Shown here in pieces: positions 32,088-40,642 of a DNA stretch of 64,000 nucleotides. The position numbers and the translations under genes are program-made. Under the pieces are notes generated by a model, which was not told the DNA's origin, ran no database searches, and saw only the letters and a list, made by a program, of their open reading frames with translations. The DNA comes from an uncultured Thermoleophilia bacterium. Its GTDB lineage: Bacteria; Actinomycetota; Thermoleophilia; Gaiellales; Gaiellaceae. How positions within the stretch are numbered: position 1 is the first letter of the stretch; each line of letters opens with the position of its first letter. The DNA lies in NCBI GenBank assembly GCA_963715115.1, contig CAVQRE010000004.1:4647-68646 (forward strand), written 5' to 3'.

Positions 32088-32805
32088 GAGAGGTGTTTGG
32101 TTGCACGTCGCCGCCGTCGGCCTGACGGTCACCGTCGCCGGTGGTCTATGGGTGCTGCCGAAACACGTCCTCGCGCCCGACAACGTCCCCCGGGCGCTGC
32201 CCGGCGCCTCGACGATCCCGGCCCACGGGCCGGTGGCGGTCGAGGTGGTGCCGGCCCTGCGCCCGGTGCGCCGAGCACGCTCCCAGCCGCCTCCGAAACC
32301 CCAGCAGGTCCTCATCTCCTACGTCGAACCGGTGCACGCAGCCGCCCCGCCGGTGCTCCCGAAGCCGAAGCCTGTCCCGGCCCGGCCGGTCGTGGAGCCG
32401 GCGATCCCGGCGGCCCTGCCGCCGCCCAGCACGACACCCGCTCCGGCTCCCGAACCGGCGCCTCCACCTGCTCCCGCGCCCACGCCTTCACCAGCGCCCG
32501 CCCCCACCCCGCCGCCCGCTCCGGCCCCCGCTCCGGCCCCGGCGCCCCCGCCCCCTGAGCCGGCTCCGGCCCCGCCGCCGGCTACGCCACCGCCGGCCGA
32601 GCAGCCTCCCGCGGCCCCGACAGCCCAGCCGACGAGCGTCAACCCCGGCCGGATCGACGCGACTGGCCCGTATCACCCGGTGACGCTGGAGATGCTCGAC
32701 CCGTCGGCCGAGCCGCGGCTCCACGAGCAACCTCCGCCTCCGCCGCCCCCGACCGACGGATGCGACACGACGGCCGGCAGCGGCAGCTCCCCGCGCACGA
32801 GGTGA
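32086..32805 (+). CDS. membrane-anchored Pro/Ala-rich low-complexity protein
   Basis: A GGGGGA ribosome-binding site precedes the ATG at 32086. The protein has the TM helix VWLHVAAVGLTVTVAGGLWVL, then a long PAPAPxP low-complexity tract (about 32390-32640). Confidence 0.5.
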   Translation: MRGVWLHVAAVGLTVTVAGGLWVLPKHVLAPDNVPRALPGASTIPAHGPVAVEVVPALRPVRRARSQPPPKPQQVLISYVEPVHAAAPPVLPKPKPVPARPVVEPAIPAALPPPSTTPAPAPEPAPPPAPAPTPSPAPAPTPPPAPAPAPAPAPPPPEPAPAPPPATPPPAEQPPAAPTAQPTSVNPGRIDATGPYHPVTLEMLDPSAEPRLHEQPPPPPPPTDGCDTTAGSGSSPRTR

Positions 32806-32828
32806 TCCTCAGGCGGCACAATGCCGCG

Positions 32829-33011
32829 ATGCCACGGACTTCCCTGTCGAAAGCAGTCGGCCCGGTCGGCATGGCGCTGACGGCCTGGGACGTGTGGCGC
32901 CGCCTGTCGCCGGAGCAGCGTCGCTGGGTCACCGCGCAGGCGCGGACGCACGGGCCGCGCCTCGCGAAGCAGGCGTGGGCGGCTCAGCAGGCCAAGCGCG
33001 CACCCCGCTGA
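32829..33011 (+). CDS. small basic hypothetical protein
   Basis: 60-aa ORF from an internal ATG (MPRTSLSKAVGPVGMALTAWDVWRRLSPEQRRW...). No family recognised. Confidence 0.3.
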   Translation: MPRTSLSKAVGPVGMALTAWDVWRRLSPEQRRWVTAQARTHGPRLAKQAWAAQQAKRAPR

Positions 33012-33020
33012 GCGTCGTTT

Positions 33021-35888
33021 CTAGGTGAGCGCCGCGCGCGCGATCCGGTCCTGCTCGATCGCGTGTGCGGTCGGATAGCCCTCGGATGGGCTCGCGCGCC
33101 ACGGCCGCCCGACATAGCGAAGAGGCACGCCCGCCGTCGACTCCTCGAGGCGGTGCCGGATCGAGCGCCACGGCCCCATGTTCTGCGGCTCCTCCTGCGT
33201 CCAAACGACCTCGCGGAGGTACGGGTAGGAGGCGATCAACTCGCGTGCGCTGTCGGAGGGGAACGGATACAGCAGCTCGACCCGCGCCACGGCGACGCCG
33301 GCCGCGTGTGCGCGTGCCTCGTGGCCGACGAGGTCGTAGTAGACCTTGCCGGAGCAGAGAACGAGGCGCCGAACGGCTTCCTTGTCGACGGTGACGTCGT
33401 CGACCACGGGCCGAAAGCCTCCGGTCGCGAGGTCCTCGAGCGTGCATGACGCCTCCTTCAGCCGGAGCAGACCCTTCGGGGTCGCGACGACCAGCGGCCG
33501 GGCCGTTGCGTCGAGCGCCTGCCGGCGGAGGAGGTGGAAGTACTGCGCGGACGTCGTGCAGTTGACCACCCGCAGGTTCTCCTGGGCTCCCATCTGCAGG
33601 AAGCGCTCCAGCCGGGCGCTCGAGTGCTCGGGGCCGTTCCCCTCGTAGCCGTGCGGGAGGAGCAGCGTGAGGCGCGACGTCTCACGCCACTTGGAAAGAC
33701 CGGACGACACGAACTGGTCGATCACGACCTGCGCGCCGTTTGCGAAGTCGCCGTACTGCGCCTCCCAGACCACGAGCGCCTCGGGGGCGGCCGCCGAGTA
33801 TCCGTATTCGAATCCCATGCACGCGTACTCCGAGAGCGGCGAGTTGAAGACCTCGAAGGACGCCGTCCCGTGCTCGAGGTTCTGCATCGGCGTGTACGTC
33901 TCGCCGGTGTGGGCATCGTGGAGGACGAGATGGCGTTGCGCGAACGTGCCGCGCTGCGTGTCTTGCCCCGTGAGGCGGACCGGGATCCCGTCGACGATCA
34001 GCGAGGCAAACGCGAGCGACTCTGCCTGCCCCCAGTCGATTCCGCCTTCGTCGAGAGCGGTGCGCCGCCGCTCGAGCTGGCGCGCCAGCTTCGGGTGCAC
34101 CGTGAAGCTGTCGGGTGCATGCAAGAGCTCGCCGGTCAGCTCGCGGAGCTTGTCGGCGGAGACAGCGGTGACGACCTCGATGCCCGACGAGAACGGGATC
34201 GCACCGTCGTGCTCGCGCTTCGAGCCTTCGCCGAACGACGCCTTCAGTCGTTCGTGTGCTTCGCGCAGCTCTGCCTCGACCTCGGCGACAGCCAGGTCCG
34301 CGTCCGCCTCGGTGAGCACGCCGTCCTCGATCAGCCTCGCCTGGTACAGCTCGCGCACGCTCGGGTGCGAGGCGATCTGCTCGGCCATCAGCGGTTGGGT
34401 GTAGGCGGCCTCGTCCTGCTCGTTGTGGCCGAACCGGCGATAGCCGACGAGGTCGATCACGACGTCGTCGCCGAACCGGCGCCGGTACGCCATCGCGAGC
34501 CTCACCGCGGAGAGCGCCGCCTCGGCGTCGTCGGCGTTGACGTGGATGATCGGCACGTCGAAGCCCTTCGCGAGATCGGACGAGTAGCGCGTCGAGCGGC
34601 CCTCGCTCGGGTCGGTCGTGAAGCCGATCTGGTTGTTCGTGATCAGGTGCAACGTGCCGCCGGTCGAATAGCCGGCCAGGCTCTGCAGGTTCAGCGTCTC
34701 CGCAACCACCCCCTGACCCGCGAAAGCCGCATCGCCGTGCAGCAGAAGCGCGAGGGCGACCGAGGGGTCGTGCGCACCGTTCGGCGTCGAGCGATCGGTC
34801 TGCTCGGCGCGTGTCCGGCCCTCGACGACCGGATCGACCGCTTCGAGGTGGCTCGGGTTCGCCACGATCCGAACGCCGACGCTCCCGTTCAAGGTCGTCC
34901 GTGTGCCGTGGGCGCCGAGGTGGTACTTGACGTCGCCGGTGCCGCCCTCGGGGTCGGCGGAGACGGCATCGAGGGTTCGCTCGCCTTCGAACTCGCGCAG
35001 GATCTGCTCGTACGGCATCCCGATCGTGTGGGCGAGGACGTTCAGCCGCCCACGATGCGCCATCCCCATCACGATCTCGTGCGCCCCGTTCTCCGCTGCG
35101 AGCTCGATCGTCTCGTCGAGCATCGGGATCATCACATCGAGTCCCTCGAGCGAGAACTGCTTCTGCCCCAGGAACCGCTTGCGCAGGAAGCGCTCCATCC
35201 CCTCCACCTCGCAGAGGCGCCGGAAAAGCGCGCGGCGATCGTCGGCCGGGAGCGGCTCGCGATAGGCACCCGACTCGATCGCGCGGCGCAACCACACGCG
35301 CTGCTCGTGATCGGAGAGGTGCTCGAGCTCGTAGGCGATCGTGCCGCAATACGTCTCGACGAGCTTGGGCAGTACGTCGGCGAGGGTCTCGCCGGGAACG
35401 TGCACGCGAAGCACGGAGGCCGGGATGCGGGCCTGCAGCTCGGGCGTCAGCCGGGGCTCGAGCCGGAGAGGCTCGAGCGACGGGTCGCCGACCGGCTCTG
35501 ACCCGAGGGGATCCAGCCGCGCCCCGAGATGGCCGTGCGTCCGGTGTGCCTTGACCAGGGCCATCGCGGCGGCGACGCCTCCGAGCAGCTGCGGGTCGAC
35601 GTCGGCGGCCGGCGGCGCCTCGAGCACGGCGACCGGGGCTGCGTCCTCTTCATCCGGTACCGGCACCGGTTCCGGCTCGGCTGCCGCATGGTGATCGTCG
35701 TCCGCCCCGTTGCGGGGAAGCCGCTCGAGCAGCCGTGCGAGCCCGGGATGGGTTGCGATCAGCTGCGTGTCTCCGCTTTCGAACAGCGCACGCCAGGCGG
35801 GCGGGACGGCGTCCGGGTTCTCGAGATAGTCGTCGAGCAGCGCCTGCGCGTAGCCGCTATTCAGACCGTCGACGTCGCGCACGCTCAC
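33021..35888 (-). CDS. sucA: 2-oxoglutarate dehydrogenase E1 component
   Basis: Intact 955-aa ORF with GTG start. It shows the ThDP-dependent E1 motifs GMAHRGRLNVL, LLLHGDAAFAGQGVV, LPHGYEGNGPEHSSAR and VVATPKGLLR. Confidence 0.95.
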   Translation of the reverse strand: MSVRDVDGLNSGYAQALLDDYLENPDAVPPAWRALFESGDTQLIATHPGLARLLERLPRNGADDDHHAAAEPEPVPVPDEEDAAPVAVLEAPPAADVDPQLLGGVAAAMALVKAHRTHGHLGARLDPLGSEPVGDPSLEPLRLEPRLTPELQARIPASVLRVHVPGETLADVLPKLVETYCGTIAYELEHLSDHEQRVWLRRAIESGAYREPLPADDRRALFRRLCEVEGMERFLRKRFLGQKQFSLEGLDVMIPMLDETIELAAENGAHEIVMGMAHRGRLNVLAHTIGMPYEQILREFEGERTLDAVSADPEGGTGDVKYHLGAHGTRTTLNGSVGVRIVANPSHLEAVDPVVEGRTRAEQTDRSTPNGAHDPSVALALLLHGDAAFAGQGVVAETLNLQSLAGYSTGGTLHLITNNQIGFTTDPSEGRSTRYSSDLAKGFDVPIIHVNADDAEAALSAVRLAMAYRRRFGDDVVIDLVGYRRFGHNEQDEAAYTQPLMAEQIASHPSVRELYQARLIEDGVLTEADADLAVAEVEAELREAHERLKASFGEGSKREHDGAIPFSSGIEVVTAVSADKLRELTGELLHAPDSFTVHPKLARQLERRRTALDEGGIDWGQAESLAFASLIVDGIPVRLTGQDTQRGTFAQRHLVLHDAHTGETYTPMQNLEHGTASFEVFNSPLSEYACMGFEYGYSAAAPEALVVWEAQYGDFANGAQVVIDQFVSSGLSKWRETSRLTLLLPHGYEGNGPEHSSARLERFLQMGAQENLRVVNCTTSAQYFHLLRRQALDATARPLVVATPKGLLRLKEASCTLEDLATGGFRPVVDDVTVDKEAVRRLVLCSGKVYYDLVGHEARAHAAGVAVARVELLYPFPSDSARELIASYPYLREVVWTQEEPQNMGPWRSIRHRLEESTAGVPLRYVGRPWRASPSEGYPTAHAIEQDRIARAALT

Positions 35889-35903
35889 TCAGGTGTTGTA
35901 CCA

Positions 35904-35925
35904 AGGAGGGTGCGGATGTCCTCCT
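35904..35925 (-). terminator. short stem-loop between a small membrane-protein operon and sucA
   Basis: AGGAGG-N10-CCTCCT inverted repeat in the 60-nt gap. Weak, with no U-tract. Confidence 0.25.
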
Positions 35926-35948
35926 CATTCAGCTGCTGTTTCCGCGAA

Positions 35949-36209
35949 TCAGTAGAGGGGATGGTGCGTGATCACCTGCAGCGACGCTCCGACGACGAAG
36001 CACACGCCGATCACCGCGATCGCAATGCTCGTCAGCCGCTGGTGCCGACGGCTCATCACCGTCGCGACGAGCGCGAGCAGGAGCGCCACGGGTGCGAGCC
36101 GGAACGGGCGGTAGACGAGCTCGAGCGCGCCGAGGAAGAGCGCCGCTGCGGCCAGCAGGCCCGCAACGGCCTCGACCGCGCTGTGCGGGTCGCGGTCCTC
36201 GGAGGTCAC
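35949..36209 (-). CDS. small integral membrane protein
   Basis: 86-aa ORF with three hydrophobic helices. Its start overlaps the upstream ORF stop (ATGA). Confidence 0.4.
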   Translation of the reverse strand: MTSEDRDPHSAVEAVAGLLAAAALFLGALELVYRPFRLAPVALLLALVATVMSRRHQRLTSIAIAVIGVCFVVGASLQVITHHPLY

Positions 36210-36445
36210 GACGGGACTCTATCCCGACGCGCGACGCGCGCACGCCGGTCCCGGTGCCCGTGCGGACCGCCGCGGCGGGGGCGCGGGCCCGGCGGTGTGC
36301 GCCAGGGGCGCCACACCGAATAGTCGTTCGGCCCGGCACCGGGCTCGGGCTCCTTGCAGGCGTACCAGACCACGATCCCGAGATAGACGATCGGGATCTT
36401 CAGGATCACCATCAAGAAGACCAGTCCCCAAGCCTGGCCCGACAT
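36206..36445 (-). CDS. small membrane protein with basic Pro/Arg-rich tail
   Basis: N-terminal TM WGLVFLMVILKIPIVYLGIVVWY; 79 aa; translationally coupled to the next ORF. Confidence 0.4.
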   Translation of the reverse strand: MSGQAWGLVFLMVILKIPIVYLGIVVWYACKEPEPGAGPNDYSVWRPWRTPPGPRPRRGGPHGHRDRRARVARRDRVPS

Positions 36446-36534
36446 ATCCGAAGTCTACGACACCCGGACGCCGGCGGGTCTCGGATTCGACGTCCGCCAG
36501 TAGAGTCGGACGGGTGGCGTCCCCCGACGACGAG

Positions 36535-36840
36535 ATGACGCTGTACGACCTGCGCGTGACCGTGGAGCGGATCGAAGGTCGGTCGGTCTGCGGCCTCGAG
36601 GTCGGCGACTACTTCGAGCTGACGGAGTCGAGCCGCGTCCGCATCCCGTCCGGCCGCCATTTCTGCCTCTATGCGCTGCAGAGCGTTTTGCCGCTCCTGC
36701 CTGCGAAACAGCGTGCGTTGCCGGCGTCGGACTGGCTCGAGCAGGACTCCCTCGTCGCCTGCCCGGATCCGGACGAGCGGGTGATCATGCGCATCGAGCG
36801 GACCGCGCGCCGGACGATGGCAACCGGCGACCTCACGTGA
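36535..36840 (+). CDS. small Cys-containing protein (TIGR04076-like), coupled to an LLM oxidoreductase
   Basis: The 101-aa protein begins MTLYDLRVTVERIEGRSVCGLEVGDYFEL...FCLYALQSVLPLLP, resembling the TIGR04076 family as far as I recall. Its stop overlaps the next start (GTGA). Confidence 0.4.
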   Translation: MTLYDLRVTVERIEGRSVCGLEVGDYFELTESSRVRIPSGRHFCLYALQSVLPLLPAKQRALPASDWLEQDSLVACPDPDERVIMRIERTARRTMATGDLT

Positions 36841-37823
36841 CGCCGCCGCGGCGCGAGCTCGGGCTCGCGCTGCAGACCGACAAGGGAACCGGTGAGTACG
36901 CCGCGCTCGCGCGCAGCGCGGACGACGCGGGCTTCGACGTGGTGACGGTCTTCAACGACCTGTGGTTCCAGCCTGCGCTGCCGGCCCTCCTCGAGATCGC
37001 GGGCGCGACGGCGAATGCCCGCGTCGGGCCGTCGTGCCTCAACCCGTTCACGCTTCACCCCGTCGAGATCGCCGGACAGATCGCCGCGCTCGACCGGGTG
37101 TCCGACGGTCGTGCGTTCGTCGGGCTCGCCGCCGGAGCGTGGCTCGAGTCGCTCGGCGTCGACGACGGGCGGCCTGTGACCGCCGTACGCGAGGCGTGGG
37201 AGGTGATCCGGCGGCTGCTCGCGGGCGACCGCACAGGCTTCGCGGGCGAGCGCTTCTCGCTCCGCGCGGGCGACGGCCTGCGCTACGAGCTCCGGCGCGC
37301 CGAAGTTCCTCTACTCGTCGGCACCTGGTCGCCGCGGCTCGCCGCGTTCGCGGGCGAGGCCGCCGCCGAGGTCAAGGTCGGCGGAAGCGCCAATCCGCTC
37401 GTCGTCGACGTGCTGCGCCAACGGGTCGGAAACGACGACGTCGGCATCGTCTTCGGCGCCGTAACCGTGGTCGACGAGGACGGAGACCGCGCGCGGGCAT
37501 TGGCGCGGCGCGAGGTCGCGATGTACGTCGACGTGGTCGGCGCCCTCGACCCGACGACCGAGCTCGAGCCCGAGCTGCTCACGAGGCTCTCGCAGCTCGT
37601 CGCGGCCGGGGACCAGGACGCCGCGGGGGCCCTGCTGCCGGACGCGCTGCTGCGACGGTTCGCATTCGCCGGAACGCCGCACGAGGTCGCCGCGCAGGCC
37701 GAGGTGCTGTTCGACGCCGGCGCGCGGCGCGTCGACTTCGGCACGCCGCACGGAATCGACGAGCGCCACGGCGTCGAGCTGCTGTGCCGCGACGTGCTCC
37801 CTCTGCTTAGGGTCTCGTCGTGA
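36837..37823 (+). CDS. LLM-class (luciferase-like) F420/flavin-dependent oxidoreductase
   Basis: TIM-barrel LLM pattern: GFDVVTVFNDLWFQ, NPFTLHPVEIAGQIAALD..S.GRA.VGLAAG. Intact 328 aa. Confidence 0.85.
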   Translation: MTPPRRELGLALQTDKGTGEYAALARSADDAGFDVVTVFNDLWFQPALPALLEIAGATANARVGPSCLNPFTLHPVEIAGQIAALDRVSDGRAFVGLAAGAWLESLGVDDGRPVTAVREAWEVIRRLLAGDRTGFAGERFSLRAGDGLRYELRRAEVPLLVGTWSPRLAAFAGEAAAEVKVGGSANPLVVDVLRQRVGNDDVGIVFGAVTVVDEDGDRARALARREVAMYVDVVGALDPTTELEPELLTRLSQLVAAGDQDAAGALLPDALLRRFAFAGTPHEVAAQAEVLFDAGARRVDFGTPHGIDERHGVELLCRDVLPLLRVSS

Positions 37824-38071
37824 CGTTCGACTACGCGGAGCGACGGCGGCGCCTGTCGGAGCGGCTCGAGGCCGACGGCGTCGAGGCGCTCTTCCTCGCC
37901 CCTTCCGCCGACCTCGAGTACCTGACCGGGGTCGAGCGCGACATCCCGAACTTCGGTGAGGCGGCGTACGCCCACGGCTGGGTGACCGGTGCGTTCTTCC
38001 GGCCGTGGGCCGACCCGGTGTTCGTGCTACCGCGGATGTTCGCGCTGTTCCCCTACCGATCAACCATCTAG
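37820..38071 (+). pseudogene. N-terminal remnant of an M24 Xaa-Pro peptidase (creatinase_N-like), truncated at 83 aa
   Basis: MTFDYAERRRRLSERLEADGVEALFLAPSADLEYLTG is typical of the PepP/creatinase N-domain. The M24 catalytic domain is absent, and the ORF stops where the convergent GNAT gene ends (shared CTAG). Confidence 0.6.
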
Positions 38072-38913
38072 AACAACGTGTAGCTCCCGATCGCGAGCGC
38101 GGTCGGAGGCGGGACCCCGTCGGACAGGAGCAGCAACCCAGGCGTCGGTGACAGCCGGAGGCCCGCGGCGAGCGCACAGCTGACGAGCCCGCGCGACGAT
38201 CCGGGGATGCGCACGCTCACCGGGCTCTCGGCCCGCGCGAGCTCTCCTCCGAGCGCCGCGACTGCAGCCTCGGGATCGACGCCGGCGACCGGGCCGACCG
38301 CACCGCCGGGGAAACGATAGGAGTAGGCAGCCGGGCGGTCGTCGCGAAACCAGATCGTGCGCTCGGCGATCTCGCCCCAGAGGCGATGGTCGACGGACCG
38401 GTCGAAACCGTAGGCCGCCTCGTCGATCGCGACGAACCTGCTTCCCGGGCCGGTGGACAGCATCGTGTCGGCGCCCGTGAGCGACGGCACGCCGGCGAAC
38501 GACAGGAGCGGTGTTGCGGGAACGAGCCCGCGCCGCGCATAGAGCGCGTTCGAGATCGGCTGAATCGCATCGGTCAGCGTCCTCCGCCGCAGGTCGCCGT
38601 CACCCCACGCCGCCTCGAGCAGCCGGCTGCCGACACCTGCGCCCTGGGCCGCCGGGGCGATGAAGAGCGAACCGAGAAACCAGTCGCGGCCCCGTAGCCA
38701 CGCCGCGACGTAACCGACCCGCCTGCCGCTCTGTATTGCGACGAAGCACCGCTCCTGATCAGTCCCGAGCAGGTGGAGATGCTGCGCCGTGAACGCACCG
38801 GGCGGAGGCACCGGCGGAGCGAATCCGTGTGGCTCGTAGACGGACCCGATCGCGGAGAGGAACAGCTCCTCCAGCTCCGGCAGGTCCTCGGCGGTCGTGG
38901 GGTGGAGCTCCAC
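38068..38913 (-). CDS. GNAT N-acetyltransferase with C-terminal extra domain
   Basis: VGYVAAWLRG...LFIAPAAQGAGVGSRLLEAA is the acetyl-CoA binding motif (Q/R-x-x-G-x-G/A). Intact 281 aa. Confidence 0.75.
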   Translation of the reverse strand: MELHPTTAEDLPELEELFLSAIGSVYEPHGFAPPVPPPGAFTAQHLHLLGTDQERCFVAIQSGRRVGYVAAWLRGRDWFLGSLFIAPAAQGAGVGSRLLEAAWGDGDLRRRTLTDAIQPISNALYARRGLVPATPLLSFAGVPSLTGADTMLSTGPGSRFVAIDEAAYGFDRSVDHRLWGEIAERTIWFRDDRPAAYSYRFPGGAVGPVAGVDPEAAVAALGGELARAESPVSVRIPGSSRGLVSCALAAGLRLSPTPGLLLLSDGVPPPTALAIGSYTLF

Positions 38914-38939
38914 GGCCGCCGAGCATAGTCCGACGGCAA

Positions 38940-39059
38940 CTAGCGCGAACCGCCCGAGACGCTACCGTGCCCCGCGACGAAGAAGACGACGAAGAGCACG
39001 ACGAGGACCAGGACCACGAGCGACCAGAACACGAACCGGTGCGTGGTAGGGAGCCTCAC
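38940..39059 (-). CDS. 39-aa single-TM micro-protein coupled to the upstream secreted protein
   Basis: The GTG overlaps the stop of the 39056..40039 ORF (GTGA). The sequence is (M)RLPTTHRFVFWSLVVLVLVVLFVVFFVAGHGSVSGGSR. Confidence 0.3.
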   Translation of the reverse strand: MRLPTTHRFVFWSLVVLVLVVLFVVFFVAGHGSVSGGSR

Positions 39060-40039
39060 GACAGCCCGCCTGCGAACCACGTCGATGGTGCGGCGCTCGC
39101 GTAGAGATCGAGATACGGCGATCGCGACGAGCCGCAGACTCCGATCGAGGCGACGCCGACACAGGCGGCGAACTTGCCTTGGGCGAACGCGTGGACTGCG
39201 TACCCTGGCGGTGACGTGATCCAGCGAGGCTCGACCGCGTTTCCCTGGAACGACCAGGGCCAGGCGGCGTAGGTGCCGTGCGCGTTGAGGCCGGATACCC
39301 GAACGACCTTCAGGCCCGGGATGTAACAGAAGTCGAACGAGAGCTGGTACCGCCAGAGCACGTACAGGTGGACCAGGTTCGTGTACGTGTACCGCGCCCA
39401 GGCGTTCTTGCACGGCAGCAGCGCCAGTGTCCCCGGATCGATGACGAAGTACGAGCGCTCGGAGCCGATCTCGCTGGTGAGCGTTCCGTTGACGAAGTCG
39501 GACGGGACCGTCGCGTCGCAGGCGTTGCCGACGTGGTCACCATCGGCGTCCGCCTGGTCGGGGTTCCAGGCGTCCGGGCAGTTGTCGGACGCGTCCGCGA
39601 CTCCATCGCCATCACGGTCCGACGGCTTGGGAGCCGGCGGAACCGGACACGTTTGTGAACAGCCGCCACCCCCGCCCGACGGCGGGATCGCGATCGACGT
39701 CGCCACGGGTGTCGAACAGCCGTCGACGTTGCATGCCACCACGGAGGCGGACACGGTTCTGCCGGCATCGGCAGGCTGGACGACGTAGCTGTTCGTGCTG
39801 CTTGCGCCCGCGCCCGACCACGCGTACGTGTAGCCGGTCAGGGACTCACCGCATGAGGTCCACGTGCCGGTCGAGACCGTCAGGGTGCCTCCGACGGCGG
39901 TGTTGCCCGAAATCACGGGTGGGCTCTGGGGCGTGATCGCACCTGTGATGCACGCAGGCTGCGGATACGCCTGCGCCGCCGGGCCGGCCAGAGTGAGCGA
40001 AACGATGGCGAACGCCACGATCGAGATGCTCCTTCGCAC
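39056..40039 (-). CDS. secreted Cys-rich protein with thrombospondin type-3 (Ca-binding) repeats
   Basis: AAGGAGG ribosome-binding site and signal peptide MRRSISIVAFAIVSLTLAGPAAQA. The repeat DRDGDGVADASDNCPDAWNPDQADADGDHVGNACD matches the TSP3 DxDxDGxxDxxDNCP consensus. Intact 327 aa. Confidence 0.7.
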   Translation of the reverse strand: MRRSISIVAFAIVSLTLAGPAAQAYPQPACITGAITPQSPPVISGNTAVGGTLTVSTGTWTSCGESLTGYTYAWSGAGASSTNSYVVQPADAGRTVSASVVACNVDGCSTPVATSIAIPPSGGGGGCSQTCPVPPAPKPSDRDGDGVADASDNCPDAWNPDQADADGDHVGNACDATVPSDFVNGTLTSEIGSERSYFVIDPGTLALLPCKNAWARYTYTNLVHLYVLWRYQLSFDFCYIPGLKVVRVSGLNAHGTYAAWPWSFQGNAVEPRWITSPPGYAVHAFAQGKFAACVGVASIGVCGSSRSPYLDLYASAAPSTWFAGGLS

Positions 40040-40051
40040 CGGTGCCTCCTT

Positions 40052-40071
40052 TCGTTGTCAGATATGACAAC
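40052..40071. promoter_or_regulatory. 20-bp perfect palindrome (operator-like) in a divergent promoter region
   Basis: CGTTGTCAgataTGACAACG lies in the AT-richer 65-bp gap between the divergent starts at 40039 and 40105. A second TGTCA-N4-TGACA half-site pair is at 40109-40122. Confidence 0.4.
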
Positions 40072-40104
40072 GATAGAGAGACGGCAGCTACGCGTCTGTG
40101 CAGA

Positions 40105-40612
40105 ATGCGTGTCAAGAGTGACAACCCGGCGGTGACCGCACCAGTGTCCAAAGCAGACATCAGCCCGTTCGCCGAACGCGACGTCGACGCCGTCCGCCTG
40201 CTCTTCGAGGAGTACGCCGCCTCACTCTCGATCGACCTCGCGTTCCAGTCGTTCGACGATGAGCTCGCCGGGCTTCCCGGTCGATACACGCCCCCGGACG
40301 GCGCCCTCCTCGTCGCCCGAGTCGACGGCGAACCGATCGGATGCGTCGGCCTGCGGTCGCTCGATACGGAGACGTGCGAGCTGAAACGGCTGTTCGTGCG
40401 GCCGTCGCAGCGCGGCGGTGGGACCGGCCGGCGGCTGCTCGAGGAAGCAGTTGCGGAGGCTCGCAGACTCGGCTACCGCCGACTTCGCCTCGACACCGTC
40501 CCGGGAATGGAGCGTGCGCAGGCGCTGTACGAGCGCTTCGGGATTCCGCGAGATCGCGGCCTACACGCAGAACCCGATCGCGGGCACGCGCTTCCTCGAG
40601 CTCGACCTTTGA
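40105..40612 (+). CDS. GNAT N-acetyltransferase; one frame break near 40545
   Basis: IGCVGLRSLDTETCELKRLFVRPSQRGGGTGRRLLEEAVAEARRLGYRRLRLDT is followed by FREIAAYTQNPIAGTRFLELDL in another frame. Confidence 0.8.
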
Positions 40613-40642
40613 CCCGAGCCCGCGACGGGCAGTCCGCGAAGG

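Noticed and set aside
32319-32642. A Gly/Ala-rich 107-aa minus-strand ORF, and the possibility that the repeat tract is a CRISPR or other non-coding tandem array
   Set aside because: It is simply the antisense of the Pro/Ala tract. The repeats are short, degenerate and lack unique spacers, so this is not a CRISPR array.
33534-35501. A 655-aa plus-strand ORF (and other long ORFs) overlapping sucA
   Set aside because: It is antisense to, or out of frame with, the intact 955-aa sucA. There are no recognisable motifs. It is a GC-driven open frame.
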